A DNA stretch of 64,000 bases from NCBI GenBank assembly GCA_965371805.1, contig CBDUZW010000015.1, positions 24,287 through 88,286 of the forward strand. The letters are read 5' to 3'. Below the pieces are notes generated by a model. That model was not told the DNA's origin, did no database searches, and saw only the letters and a list, made by a program, of their open reading frames with translations. A program made the translations under genes and the position numbers. Each line of letters starts with the position of its first letter. Position 1 is the stretch's first letter. This document shows, piece after piece, positions 8,697 through 19,300 of this stretch. Origin of the DNA: an uncultured bacterium. Lineage in GTDB: Bacteria; Acidobacteriota; Aminicenantia; UBA2199.

Positions 8697-11600
8697 ATGA
8701 AAAGGATTTTTATTTTTTTATCTGCATTTATACTGTTTTTTAATTTATCCACATCTCTTTTTGGAGATATACCTGCCACCGAGAGAGCTGCTCTGATTGC
8801 ACTCTATAACAGCACCAATGGAGATGGATGGACCGATAATACCGGTTGGAAAACAGCCCCCCTGCATACAGATGGGTTTGCCATGCCCGGAACAGAAGGA
8901 TCCTGGCATGGTATTACAGTTGAAACAGACAGGGTAACATCTATAAATCAATTTAATAACAATCTGAATGGAACCACCCCTTCCAGCCTTGAAAACTTGA
9001 CAAACCTCAGGGAACTGAATCTATCCTATAGTGCAAATTTATCAGGAAATATCCCTCCAAGCCTTTCCAATCTGACAACTCTGGAAATCCTGAATTTTGA
9101 TTTTGATCAATTAGATGGAACCATTCCTACATCAATTGGAAACCTTATTAACCTAACAGATCTTCGCCTCACTGCTAATCAACTATCTGAAACCATTCCT
9201 ACATCATTGGGAAATCTGTCAAAACTTGAATATCTAGGTCTTGAAAGAAATGATTTAACCGGAACCATTCCCCCTTCACTTGGAAATCTGACTGCAATTA
9301 AATATCTCAAACTAAACGACAATGACTTAACCGGAACGATTCCTACTGAACTGGGTAATCTAGCAAATCTCCAATTCCTTTATCTTTCAGATAATAGGCT
9401 TAGCGGAAGTATCCCGGCTTCTCTAGGAAACCTGTCTAATCTCTGGATACTGGATTTGACAATAAATGATTTAACCGGCACCATCCCCACAGAACTGGGG
9501 GATTTAACAAAGCTGCAATACCTAAAACTGAAAGCAAACAGACTCAGTGGCACCATCCCCGCTTCACTGGGAAACCTGACAGACCTGAGAAATCTATCGT
9601 TAGGTTACAATAAACTGACAGGAGAAATCCCGGTCAATCTCTCCAATTTGAATATATCGGCCTCAAGCCTTGAGATTGGATATAACGGATTGTATACTGA
9701 CAACTCCACCTTAATCAGCTTTTTAAATAACAAAGACCCTGACTGGTCTGACAGCCAGACAATTGCTCCAGATGGAATTACAGCCACTGTGGTCAGCAAT
9801 ACCGCAATTTACCTCTCCTGGCAGCCAATTGTATATACAGGAGATACCGGCGGTTACCGAATTTTTTACAGTATGACCCCCGGTGGCCCCTATACTTTTT
9901 TCTCTCAAACAGCAAACAAGAGCACAACTACAATTTCTGTAACTGGATTATCAGGAAATACAACCTATTATTTTCTTCTAAAAACACAGACAGACGCTCA
10001 TGACCATGGATGGCCGCAGGATAGTACCATCATAAGCGATCCATCAGATGAGGTCAGCGCAAAAACCTTCATCGATAGCTTTACAATTTCAGGCAGAATA
10101 ACAGTTAATGGAAATCCACTTAAAAATGTTGTCATCAATATAAATAACGGATTTCCAGGCAAACCGGCAACTGATAATAATGGAGACTATATTGCCCCTG
10201 TCCCCTATAACTGGTCAGGCACCATCAGTCCGGAACTGAACGGATACATTTTCACTCCTGCCAATCGAAGCTATAGCGGTGTCACATCAAGCATCACAGA
10301 TCAGAGCTTTACCGCAACCACAGCCCCAACCCTAACAACAGCAGCGATCTCAAATATAACAACAACAACAGCCAATAGCGGTGGAACCATTTCAGGATCT
10401 TCTATCACTGCGAGGGGAGTCTGCTGGAACACCTCAGCTTTTCCAACCACTGCAGGATCTCATACCTCAAATGGTGCCGGGTCCGGTAGTTTTATCAGCG
10501 CAATCACGGGTCTTGAGCCCTATACAACATACCATGTCCGTGCCTATGCAACCAATAGCAGCGGGACCGTTTATGGCAATGAACTCAGTTTTACAACAGC
10601 TGGATTAACACCCACCGCCATCACCAGAAATGCTGTCAATATTGGATACAATTTTGCTACCCTGAATGGACGAATCAATGCAAATAGACAAAATACCAAT
10701 GTCACATTTGAGTATGGAACAACCAATTCATATGGCACCTCTATCTATTCAATACCAAATATCGTCAGCGGCAGCACCATAACTTCTGTTGAGAGAACAC
10801 TAACTGATTTGACATTAAACACAACCTATCATTACAGAGTCGTTGCTCAAAATAGTGCGGGCACCACATATGGGACCAACATGACCTTTACAACGGGGGC
10901 CGCAGCACCCATTGCAATCACCCAGGTGGCCAGTGCCGTTGGAACCAACCAAGCTACCCTGAACGGTAGGGTCAATGCAAATAACCAGAGCACCAATATT
11001 TCCTTTGAATATGGATTAACCACTGCCTATGGCACCACTGCCGCTTCAACACCGTCAACAATTACTGGAGTGACAGATAGATCGGTGTTACTTAATCTAA
11101 CCGGACTAAGCCTGAATACCACTTACCACTATAGGGTGATAGCTCAAAATGGAACCGGGACAACATATGGTTCAGGCATGATCTTTACAACCGGAGCCAC
11201 AGTGCCCATAGCCATCACAAATGCAGCCAGTGGAATTGGAACTACTGAGGCCATCTTAAATGGAAGTATCAATGCAAATAACCAGAGTACGAATGTTACT
11301 TTTGAATATGGCACCACGACAGCATATGGGACCACCATTATTTCGATACCGAATATAGTTGCCGGCACTACAATAACACCTGTCAGTCGAACAATAAATG
11401 GATTAACATTGAACACAAGCTACCATTATAGAGTGGTCGGTCAAAATGGAACCGGCACAACAAATGGTGCTGACATGACATTTACAACAGGGGCAGCAGC
11501 TCCCATTGCAATAACTGAGGTGGCCGGCAATGTTGGAACCACCAGTGCTATATTGAACGGTATCATAAATGCAAATAATCAGAATACAAATATTTCCTTT

Positions 11601-13577
11601 GAATATGGGACCACAACTGCATACGGAAACTCTATCACAACCTCCCCATCGACTGCATCAGGAACAAACAATCAGCCTATCTCCTATAACCTGACCGGAC
11701 TGGCTTTAAATACCACCTACCATTATCGAATCAGCGGTCAAAATACAAGCGGAGTCTCAAATGGCGCCGATATGAGCTTTACAACCGGAGGCATCATTCC
11801 ATCAGTTACAACCCTCGCTGCAAGCAATATCAGTGGCAGCAGTGCCCTGCTAAACGGGACTATCAATGCAAATACCCAGAGTACCAGTGTCACATTTGAA
11901 TATGGCCCGACAACCGCCTATGGAAAATCTGCTCAGGCAATTCCCAATATTATAAACGGTACAACCGATACCCCTGTCAGCTATATATTGACAGGACTGA
12001 AGCCGGAAACCATCTACCATTTCAGGGCAATTGGTCAAAATGGAATTGGTAGGGCAACTGGGTCTGACATGACCTTTACAACAGGAGAGGGATCACTGGA
12101 AGTCTATACCGAAGAGGTATCTGATATCACTTCAAAATCTGCAATGGCATATGGAAATATCGTATCGACCAAGACCGTAAATATCACCTCAAGGGGCATC
12201 TGCTGGAGCAGATCCGATAATCCTTTGGTTTCAGGCAATCATACTGAAAATGGTTCTGGAGTTGGCAGTTTCTCCAGTATTCTGACAGGATTAAGCCCGA
12301 AGACAACATACTATGCAAGAGCATATGCAATTGATGACAAAAAATTTGTATACGGCAATATAGTCGTATTTAAAACATCCGGGTTTATTACTGAACTGGC
12401 CATCATCACACCGGAAAATGGCGCTGTTGTCCAGGGAAATGAAAAAATCTTTATTGCTTCATCCCTTGATTCAGATTATATAGAGTTACACATTGATGAT
12501 GTTCATCTGGGATATGGAACACTAAGTACAGACATCGATCATTTTGGCTTAAAACTGATTCAGACCGAGTTCAGTTTAAAAGATATTGTCTATCTTTATT
12601 TGACCGAAAATAATTCCCTCAGAGGAATAACAGGGACCGGAATGGTTCTAAATATTTTTTCAGAAAAGATTGGAGTAGAAAACTTTCACATAGAACCCTC
12701 TGGAGAAATTTATATTCAGCTGGAATCAGCCCGCTATTTTGATGGGCAACAACCTTTTCAAAGCATAATCGTCGATCCGCTAGATAAAAGTATATCAGGA
12801 CTTGATAAAAAAGATTGCTATCAGCCGGAGATTAAATATACAGATAAACTTGAAGATGACATCATTGGCTCCTTAAGCAGAAATCATAATTTTGATCATG
12901 ACATAAAAAATGCATTCACAATAGACGAGGATGAAGTAATCTCTCTTGGAAGATATAAAAACGCAAACTATTTTTCACTTCATTCAAGTTCTAAAAACTT
13001 GAGCGAAAAGAGGCCAACCCTGATCGCATATTTACAGGACAGACCGGTAAAGATAACAAAAATCTTGAATATGACTTCAGAGCAATCCTCAATTCCAATA
13101 GATTTATTTGTACCGGATGAGACTTCATTTTTAAAGAATGCCGGAATAAAAACATATATACTTGAATGGAATACATTAGATTATCCAGATGGGATGCATA
13201 AAATACAGGCATCATCCCAGGATAAGTACGGGCAGAAACTTGTTGATTCAGTAGATGTGGTGGTGAGAAATTTCATCATTGACCTGAGTGTAATTAGAAA
13301 AGAGGACGCTGCCTATACATTTAGTGTCCATTTTGGCGAAATCAGTTTTAACATTGATAACCCCAAAAATCTTCCAGTCACAAAATATGTGATTTATCGA
13401 AAAGAAATGGACGGAGATTACGAACCACTTACAGAAATCGAGAGCCTTTCTATAATTGAACACAAATACACTCATATTGATAATAATATAACAAAGGAAA
13501 ACAATTATACATACAAGATTATTGCCACCGACAGTAACGGTAAAGCTCTGTCTGAATCAAATGAAAAATCAATTTAG
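8697..13577 (+). CDS. giant secreted/surface protein: plant-type leucine-rich repeats, FN3-like domain, seven tandem ~97-aa beta-sandwich-like modules, Ig/FN3-like C-terminal region
   Basis: Signal peptide MKRIFIFLSAFILFFNLSTSLFG and cap ERAALIALYNSTNGDGW. Nine consecutive 24-residue repeats LGNLxxLxxLxLxxNxLxGxIPxx. FN3-like ITATVVSNTAIYLSWQP...TYYF. Repeated ...FEYGTTxxYG...LNTTYHYR...MTFTT modules. RBS AGGAG. Confidence 0.85.
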   Translation: MKRIFIFLSAFILFFNLSTSLFGDIPATERAALIALYNSTNGDGWTDNTGWKTAPLHTDGFAMPGTEGSWHGITVETDRVTSINQFNNNLNGTTPSSLENLTNLRELNLSYSANLSGNIPPSLSNLTTLEILNFDFDQLDGTIPTSIGNLINLTDLRLTANQLSETIPTSLGNLSKLEYLGLERNDLTGTIPPSLGNLTAIKYLKLNDNDLTGTIPTELGNLANLQFLYLSDNRLSGSIPASLGNLSNLWILDLTINDLTGTIPTELGDLTKLQYLKLKANRLSGTIPASLGNLTDLRNLSLGYNKLTGEIPVNLSNLNISASSLEIGYNGLYTDNSTLISFLNNKDPDWSDSQTIAPDGITATVVSNTAIYLSWQPIVYTGDTGGYRIFYSMTPGGPYTFFSQTANKSTTTISVTGLSGNTTYYFLLKTQTDAHDHGWPQDSTIISDPSDEVSAKTFIDSFTISGRITVNGNPLKNVVININNGFPGKPATDNNGDYIAPVPYNWSGTISPELNGYIFTPANRSYSGVTSSITDQSFTATTAPTLTTAAISNITTTTANSGGTISGSSITARGVCWNTSAFPTTAGSHTSNGAGSGSFISAITGLEPYTTYHVRAYATNSSGTVYGNELSFTTAGLTPTAITRNAVNIGYNFATLNGRINANRQNTNVTFEYGTTNSYGTSIYSIPNIVSGSTITSVERTLTDLTLNTTYHYRVVAQNSAGTTYGTNMTFTTGAAAPIAITQVASAVGTNQATLNGRVNANNQSTNISFEYGLTTAYGTTAASTPSTITGVTDRSVLLNLTGLSLNTTYHYRVIAQNGTGTTYGSGMIFTTGATVPIAITNAASGIGTTEAILNGSINANNQSTNVTFEYGTTTAYGTTIISIPNIVAGTTITPVSRTINGLTLNTSYHYRVVGQNGTGTTNGADMTFTTGAAAPIAITEVAGNVGTTSAILNGIINANNQNTNISFEYGTTTAYGNSITTSPSTASGTNNQPISYNLTGLALNTTYHYRISGQNTSGVSNGADMSFTTGGIIPSVTTLAASNISGSSALLNGTINANTQSTSVTFEYGPTTAYGKSAQAIPNIINGTTDTPVSYILTGLKPETIYHFRAIGQNGIGRATGSDMTFTTGEGSLEVYTEEVSDITSKSAMAYGNIVSTKTVNITSRGICWSRSDNPLVSGNHTENGSGVGSFSSILTGLSPKTTYYARAYAIDDKKFVYGNIVVFKTSGFITELAIITPENGAVVQGNEKIFIASSLDSDYIELHIDDVHLGYGTLSTDIDHFGLKLIQTEFSLKDIVYLYLTENNSLRGITGTGMVLNIFSEKIGVENFHIEPSGEIYIQLESARYFDGQQPFQSIIVDPLDKSISGLDKKDCYQPEIKYTDKLEDDIIGSLSRNHNFDHDIKNAFTIDEDEVISLGRYKNANYFSLHSSSKNLSEKRPTLIAYLQDRPVKITKILNMTSEQSSIPIDLFVPDETSFLKNAGIKTYILEWNTLDYPDGMHKIQASSQDKYGQKLVDSVDVVVRNFIIDLSVIRKEDAAYTFSVHFGEISFNIDNPKNLPVTKYVIYRKEMDGDYEPLTEIESLSIIEHKYTHIDNNITKENNYTYKIIATDSNGKALSESNEKSI
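10602..12083 (+). repeat. five in-frame tandem ~297-nt coding repeats (about 99 aa each) inside the giant gene
   Basis: Each unit reads ...AIT..A...G...A.LNG.INAN.Q.TN(V/I)(T/S)FEYG.T.AYG......P......T....S..L.GL.LNT(T/S)YHYR..(A/G)QN..G...G..M.FTT. The array is flanked by two related units of a second subtype (about 10321-10601 and 12090-12380) containing (V/I)CW... Confidence 0.85.
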
Positions 13578-13586
13578 GAGACCATA

Positions 13587-14186
13587 ATGAAAATAAAAAA
13601 ACTTGGACAGACAAATAAACACATATTTAATTTGCTTTTAGTATTATTAATTCTCTTCTCTATTTCAATTAGTTTAACAGGAGCCGATAAAAATTTATTT
13701 TTTGACCTATCCTTAAGTGCATTTTCCAATTCAGATGAAGAATTTAAAAAAATCTATATGGATTCTATGTGGGTGCCTGAAATCGGGATCGGTTATTTGT
13801 TTTCAAATAATTTCTATGTCAGGACCAATCTTAGTTTGATTTCTATCAATGGCCAAACTCCCAAATGGCTCTACGATGTTAAAATGAAGCAGAAACGTCT
13901 CTCATTAAATGGTGGTTACAAACATAAATTATCTAAAAAGATAAGCCTTTCCGGAGAAGTTGGATTCGTTTTCTTAATGTATGATGAACAGATCACCCAG
14001 CTGAATTATATAAACAAAGATAATTCCCCGGGATTTAAAACCGGAATAGATTGTCAATACTCAGTAAATAGTATCTTTAGACTGATTATAAATCTTGATT
14101 ATTCAATTATCAATAAATCAATTGACGCTGGGTCCAAACGTTTCGGAGGCATAAAAGCCGGCCTTGGAATTAGATTCTTCTTATAG
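13587..14186 (+). CDS. small outer-membrane beta-barrel protein (OmpA/OmpX-like barrel, no periplasmic domain)
   Basis: Signal-peptide-like N-terminus, alternating-hydrophobic strands, and aromatic C-terminus ...GLGIRFFL. It starts 10 nt after the giant gene, with RBS AGGAG. Confidence 0.6.
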   Translation: MKIKKLGQTNKHIFNLLLVLLILFSISISLTGADKNLFFDLSLSAFSNSDEEFKKIYMDSMWVPEIGIGYLFSNNFYVRTNLSLISINGQTPKWLYDVKMKQKRLSLNGGYKHKLSKKISLSGEVGFVFLMYDEQITQLNYINKDNSPGFKTGIDCQYSVNSIFRLIINLDYSIINKSIDAGSKRFGGIKAGLGIRFFL

Positions 14187-14225
14187 CCGACCTTTATTTC
14201 TGAATTTAAGATTATGTATTAGTGC

Positions 14226-14723
14226 CTATAATTTAGCTAAAACCGCATCATAGTTGGGTTCATCAACAATTTCAGGTACCAGTTCCGTGTATTTCACAAC
14301 ACCCCCCTCATTTAAAAGAACCACCGCTCTTCCCATCAGGCCGGCCATTGGGCCATCTGAAATTCCAATGCCATAATCATTAGAAAACTTCGTATCTCTC
14401 ATCTCAGAAAGAGTAATCACATTATTTAAACCTTCCGCACCGCAAAACCTTGCCTGTGCAAAGGGTAGATCTCTTGAAATGCAGAGAACAACCGTATTAG
14501 GCAGCTTGTCTGCCTTTGCATTAAATGTTCTGACAGAGGTCGCACATGTACCTGTGTCAAGACTTGGAAAGATGTTTAAGATAACTTTTTTTCCACGGAA
14601 ATCACTTAACTTAGCATCCCCCAGATCATTCTTTGTCAGGACAAATTCTCCTGCCGTTTCTCCAACTGCCGGTAAATCACCGATTGTATTTATTGTATTT
14701 CCCTGTAATGTAATTTTTGCCAT
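14226..14723 (-). CDS. tpx: thiol peroxidase (atypical 2-Cys peroxiredoxin Tpx)
   Basis: MAKITLQGN..I...G..P..G, peroxidatic SLDTGTC and resolving-Cys region ISRDLPFAQARFCG. The ORF runs to 14735, but GGAGG sits 6 nt upstream of the ATG at 14723. Confidence 0.88.
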   Translation of the reverse strand: MAKITLQGNTINTIGDLPAVGETAGEFVLTKNDLGDAKLSDFRGKKVILNIFPSLDTGTCATSVRTFNAKADKLPNTVVLCISRDLPFAQARFCGAEGLNNVITLSEMRDTKFSNDYGIGISDGPMAGLMGRAVVLLNEGGVVKYTELVPEIVDEPNYDAVLAKL

Positions 14724-14805
14724 TTTTTCCTCCATTTATTTTTATTTTTTTAAAGCAAATCATAAAAAAGATAATAACAAATTAAAATTTTATATTCAAA
14801 TATTA

Positions 14806-16152
14806 TTAATTTTCCTCAATATTGGATAAATTAGGATCACTCTTTACCTTTAACTTTCCGGAAACAATTCCATCCAGAGTTTCAACGCTCTTTAGTTTTC
14901 TTTGAATTGCCCTTGTCCTTCGGCCAACCACTTCATCTAATTGATCCAATCCGGTCCGGATATTATTCTGTGCTTTTTCCATCATGCCGCCAAATTTATT
15001 AAATTCGTTCTTTACCTCTCCCAATACTTTCCAGACCTCACTGCTTCTTTTCTGAATTGCCAGAGTTTTAAATCCAATTTGAAGACTGTTTAAAATTGCT
15101 GCTAAAGTTGTAGGTCCGGTAATAATAATTTTATAGTCTCTCTGAAGTTCTTCTAATAACGAAGCTTTCCTTACTATTTCAGCGTAAATACCTTCAAATG
15201 GGAGAAACATTATTCCAAAATCTGTTGTATTCGGAGGATCAATATATTTGCTTTCAATATCTTTTGCCATTTTTTTAATCGTAGTTTCCAAGTTTTTCTG
15301 GGCCGCTGTGATCTTATTTAAATCTCCATCCTCATAGGCATCCTGCAATGTCATATATACATCTTTTGGAAATTTAGCATCAATTGGAAGCCATACGACT
15401 GAATCAGAATCGCCTCTTCCAGGTAATTTAACAGCAAATTCTACTGATTCTGAACTATTGAGTTTTGTTTTAACATTTGTTTCATATTGATCAGGGGCAA
15501 GGATCTGCTCAAGCAGCATTTCCAGTTGTATCTCACCAAATCCGCCTCTCATTTTTACATTACTTAATACTTTTTTTAACCCACCCACATCAGCTGCAAT
15601 CGTTCTCATCTCACCAAGTCCCTCTTGTACTGCTCTCAGTTGTTTGCTGACTGTATCAAAGGATTGACTCAGTCTTTCATTCAATGTTTTTTGAAGTTTT
15701 TCATCAACTGTCATTCGCATTTCATCCAGTTGTTTGGTATTGTCTTCCCTGATAAATTTTAATTGTTTCTCAACAGCATCTTTTACCTCTTTTACATTAT
15801 CAGTATTCTGTTTATTTAATTCAGACTGCTGTCTAGAAAAATTATCAAATTTTTGTTTTATTAATTCATTCAGTTCCTTAGTGTTTTCTGAAAATTCAGT
15901 TTTAAAAGAATGCAAAGACTTGCTGAGTTCTTCCCTGTCATTTTTTGAAATATCATTTATTTCAGTTCTATTTCGTTGAAACTCATCCTTTATCGTTCTA
16001 TCAGTTCTCTCAAGAGTCCTGTCAAATTGAAATACTGCCTTCTCAACATCTTTCAATTGTGGTTTTATGTCAAAATTAACTTTCTTTTTTAAAATTAATA
16101 TTATATTTACAATCGAAAGAATAACTATAGTAATTAATAACGCTTCAACCAT
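14806..16152 (-). CDS. rmuC: DNA recombination protein RmuC
   Basis: N-terminal TM helix and long coiled coil. C-terminal RmuC nuclease-like block VEFAVKLPG...LPIDAKFP...KYIDPPNTTDFGIMFLPFEGIYAE...IIITGPTTLAAILN. Confidence 0.85.
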   Translation of the reverse strand: MVEALLITIVILSIVNIILILKKKVNFDIKPQLKDVEKAVFQFDRTLERTDRTIKDEFQRNRTEINDISKNDREELSKSLHSFKTEFSENTKELNELIKQKFDNFSRQQSELNKQNTDNVKEVKDAVEKQLKFIREDNTKQLDEMRMTVDEKLQKTLNERLSQSFDTVSKQLRAVQEGLGEMRTIAADVGGLKKVLSNVKMRGGFGEIQLEMLLEQILAPDQYETNVKTKLNSSESVEFAVKLPGRGDSDSVVWLPIDAKFPKDVYMTLQDAYEDGDLNKITAAQKNLETTIKKMAKDIESKYIDPPNTTDFGIMFLPFEGIYAEIVRKASLLEELQRDYKIIITGPTTLAAILNSLQIGFKTLAIQKRSSEVWKVLGEVKNEFNKFGGMMEKAQNNIRTGLDQLDEVVGRRTRAIQRKLKSVETLDGIVSGKLKVKSDPNLSNIEEN

Positions 16153-16234
16153 TACATTCTCCTTAATTTAATTAGGAAACAATATGCTCAATTTTGAAAA
16201 ATTATAGCACATAAAACAAAAAAAACAATTACTA

Positions 16235-16263
16235 TTGACAATCATTTGTAATTTCATTATCAT
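16235..16263 (+). promoter_or_regulatory. candidate sigma-70 promoter upstream of the hybrid kinase gene
   Basis: TTGACA (16235-16240), 17 nt, TATCAT (16258-16263). Confidence 0.35.
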
Positions 16264-16346
16264 TAATCGATGAAGTACAATCAGAATAAATTGATAACTA
16301 ATCTATCCCGAATCATTATTCTTCTAATTTTAGGAATTTAGTACCG

Positions 16347-19300
16347 ATGGAGACTATTTTTTTAAGTTCTTGCAAAAATGCACCTGTTGGATTCAAATAT
16401 AAGACACCAACTGAACATGATCTTTTATACAACCGAATTGCTCTTTATACCGATTCATTAGAAGTCTCTTACTCACTCCTTGATAAATTTCCTGAGAGAG
16501 TAAATGGGCTGGTAATTTCAAAAGGTGAAGCTGTTTCACATTCCCGGATCGGTCCTGAACTCTGGCATTTTGTTATAACCAAAAATATGATTCCAGATCT
16601 ACACAAAACAGTTTTGTTTTTTTTTGAAATGCTATCTAATTCTCAAAATGAAGAAAATGACTCTAAGCAATCTGAAAAAACATATGCCTCACACTTACAT
16701 CTTTTAAAGAATAAAGAAAAAATTAACAATACTATCCTGAAAGCGAATGATATAAAACAGATGATGTCAGACGTATTACAGGCTACACTTGAAATGTTTG
16801 ATTGTGATCGATCCTGGCTTCTTTATCCTTGTGATCCAAAAACAGAAACATGGCGTGTCCCAATGATGCGCACTACTCCAGATTATAAAGATGATCAGGT
16901 TATGGAAACCGATATACCTGTTCTGCCAGAAGATCATGAAATAATGGAAGCTGTCCTTAAAAAAAAAGGCCCTGTCGGATTTGGTTCAGATAATGAAAAA
17001 CCGCTTCCTTCATATATGACACCGGAATTTGGTGTTAAGACACAGCTGCTTATATCTTTGTATCCAAAAACTGGAAAACCATGGATATTTGGACTGCACC
17101 AATGCCGTAATAACCGTTGTTGGACCAAGGAAGAGAGGGAACTTTTAAAGGAGATCAGCCATAGGCTTAGTGATGCTCTAAGTAGTTTGCTTTTTTTGCA
17201 TGATCTAAAAGAAAGTGAAGAAAACTTACGAATTACTCTTAATTCTATCGGAGATGCGGTTATTTCTACTGATACCGAAGGTATCGTTACAGAGATGAAT
17301 CCAGTTGCTGAAAAACTCACAGGATGGTCAATTCAAGAAGCAAGGAAAAAACCTCTGACTGAAATCTTACATGTTCTTAATTCTCATACAAGAGAGCCAG
17401 CTTCAAATCCAGTTAGAAAAGTTTTAGAAAGTGGAGAAGTAATTGGTCTTGCCAATCATACTTTACTTATTTCCAAAGATGGCAGTGAATATCAAATTGC
17501 TGATTCTGCGGCCCCTATAAGAAATACAGATAATCAAGTAACCGGTGTAGTTATGGTATTCAGAGATATATCAAAAGAGTATCAATTGCAGGAAGAATTA
17601 ACTTCAAGTGAAGAAAAATTCCGTACTCTTTTCGAATCATCAATGGATGCAATTCTTTTGTTGGATTTAGATAAAGGATATATAGATTGTAATCCAGCTG
17701 CCTTAAATATGTTTGCCGTTCCAACAAAAAAAAAATTCCTGCAATTAACTCCAGCTGACCTCTCGCCTATATATCAACCAGATGGATCGCTTTCTGTAGA
17801 TTCGGCTAAAAAAGAGATCCAGAAATCTATTGAAAATGGAGTAAACTATTTTGATTGGCAGCATAAAAGATTTGATGGGGATGAGTTTTCAGCATCTGTT
17901 CTTGCTACGAAAGTTAAAATAGACAACAAAATTTTTCTTCAAGGTACGATCCGGGATATTACAAAAAGAAAACAGAGTGAAGTAGAGTTGAGTCATCTAC
18001 GTAATTATCTTTACAATATCATTAACTCAATGCCATCCATATTAATTGGTGTGGATAAAAATTGTAAAATTACGCAATGGAATAAGAAAGCGGAAGAGTC
18101 CACAGGTATTATTGCTGATGAAGCACAAGGTAAAATCCTTTCTAATGTGTTTCCAAGAATGGCGTCGGAAATGGAAAAAATAACTAAAAGTATGAATACC
18201 CGGAAAATAGAGAAAGATTCAAATAGACCTTTTCAGACTGAGAAAGGAATCCAGCATGAAGATGTGACCATATATCCTCTTGTTTCCAACGAAATTGAAG
18301 GTGCTGTTATACGTATTGATGATGTAACAAAAAAGAATAAACTTGAGGAGCAGTTAAATCATAGTAGAAAATTGGATGCCATTGGTCAGCTTGCTGGAGG
18401 AGTGGCCCATGATTTTAATAATATGCTTGGTGGAATAATGGGAGCAGCAGAGCTTCTAAAACATTCCACAAGAGATCTTGATAAAAAAAGTGAGAAGCTG
18501 GTAAAAATGATAATAGAAGCATCAAAACGAGCAGCAGATCTCACATCCAAACTCTTAATATTCGGACGAAAAGGTAAAATAACTTCTAAAAACATTGATT
18601 TACATAGTGCCATAGACGATATAATTGCAATTCTCAAAAGGACAATTGATAAAAGAATATCAATAAGTGTTAATAAAAATGCAAAAATAAGTATAATAAA
18701 AGGAGATAGATCAGAACTGGAAAGTACATTTATCAATATGGGTATAAATGCCAGCCATGCAATGCCAAAGGGCGGAGAATTACATATTAAAACGAAAAAT
18801 GTAAGATTAAGTAAATCATATTGTGATTTGAGTCTCTTTGAAATTAAACCTGGTGAATATATCGAAATTGAAGTAAGAGATATAGGCTTTGGAATACCTA
18901 AGGAAAACCTTAACAAAATATTTGATCCATTTTTTACGACAAAAAAGCAGGGAAAAGGATCAGGACTTGGTTTATCTGCTGCTTATGGGGCTGTTCTGGA
19001 TCATAATGGTGAAATTAAAGTATACAGTGAATTGGAAAAGGGAACTGTATTTTATATTTTACTACCCTGTGCAGAAGAAAAAATTGATTTAGCGACTAAA
19101 GATGAGATCGTTATCATTGGGTCAGGTCATATTCTATTAATTGATGATGATGATATTATTCGTGACACAGGAAAACTTATGCTGGAAGCAATGGGTTATA
19201 ATGTAACTCTCTCAGAAAATGGAGAGAACGCATTGAGAATATTTCGGGAACAACATAATAATATTGATTTGATAATTTCTGATATGATTATGCCCGAAAT

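Noticed and set aside
10381-11416. Alternative-frame and antisense ORFs (10381-10608 plus, 11144-11416 minus, and similar ones at 8745, 9605, 9723, 11850) inside the giant gene
   Set aside because: They sit in the locally GC-richer, repeat-rich coding region where stop codons are rare in other frames. They have no RBS and no motifs, and the main frame is unambiguous.
10602-12083. About 297-nt periodicity that could be mistaken for a repeat array or CRISPR
   Set aside because: The units are in-frame protein modules without a spacer/repeat structure. No short (25-40 nt) exact repeats are present anywhere in the window.
16270-16341. 23-codon mini-ORF (MKYNQNKLITNLSRIIILLILGI) just after a promoter-like element, with a lipobox-like FLSSC at the start of the kinase ORF, suggesting a frameshifted lipoprotein signal peptide
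   Set aside because: The kinase is built entirely of cytoplasmic domains (GAF, PAS, HisKA, REC), which is topologically incompatible with a lipoprotein anchor. The two frames differ and no slippery site is evident. This is probably 5' UTR.
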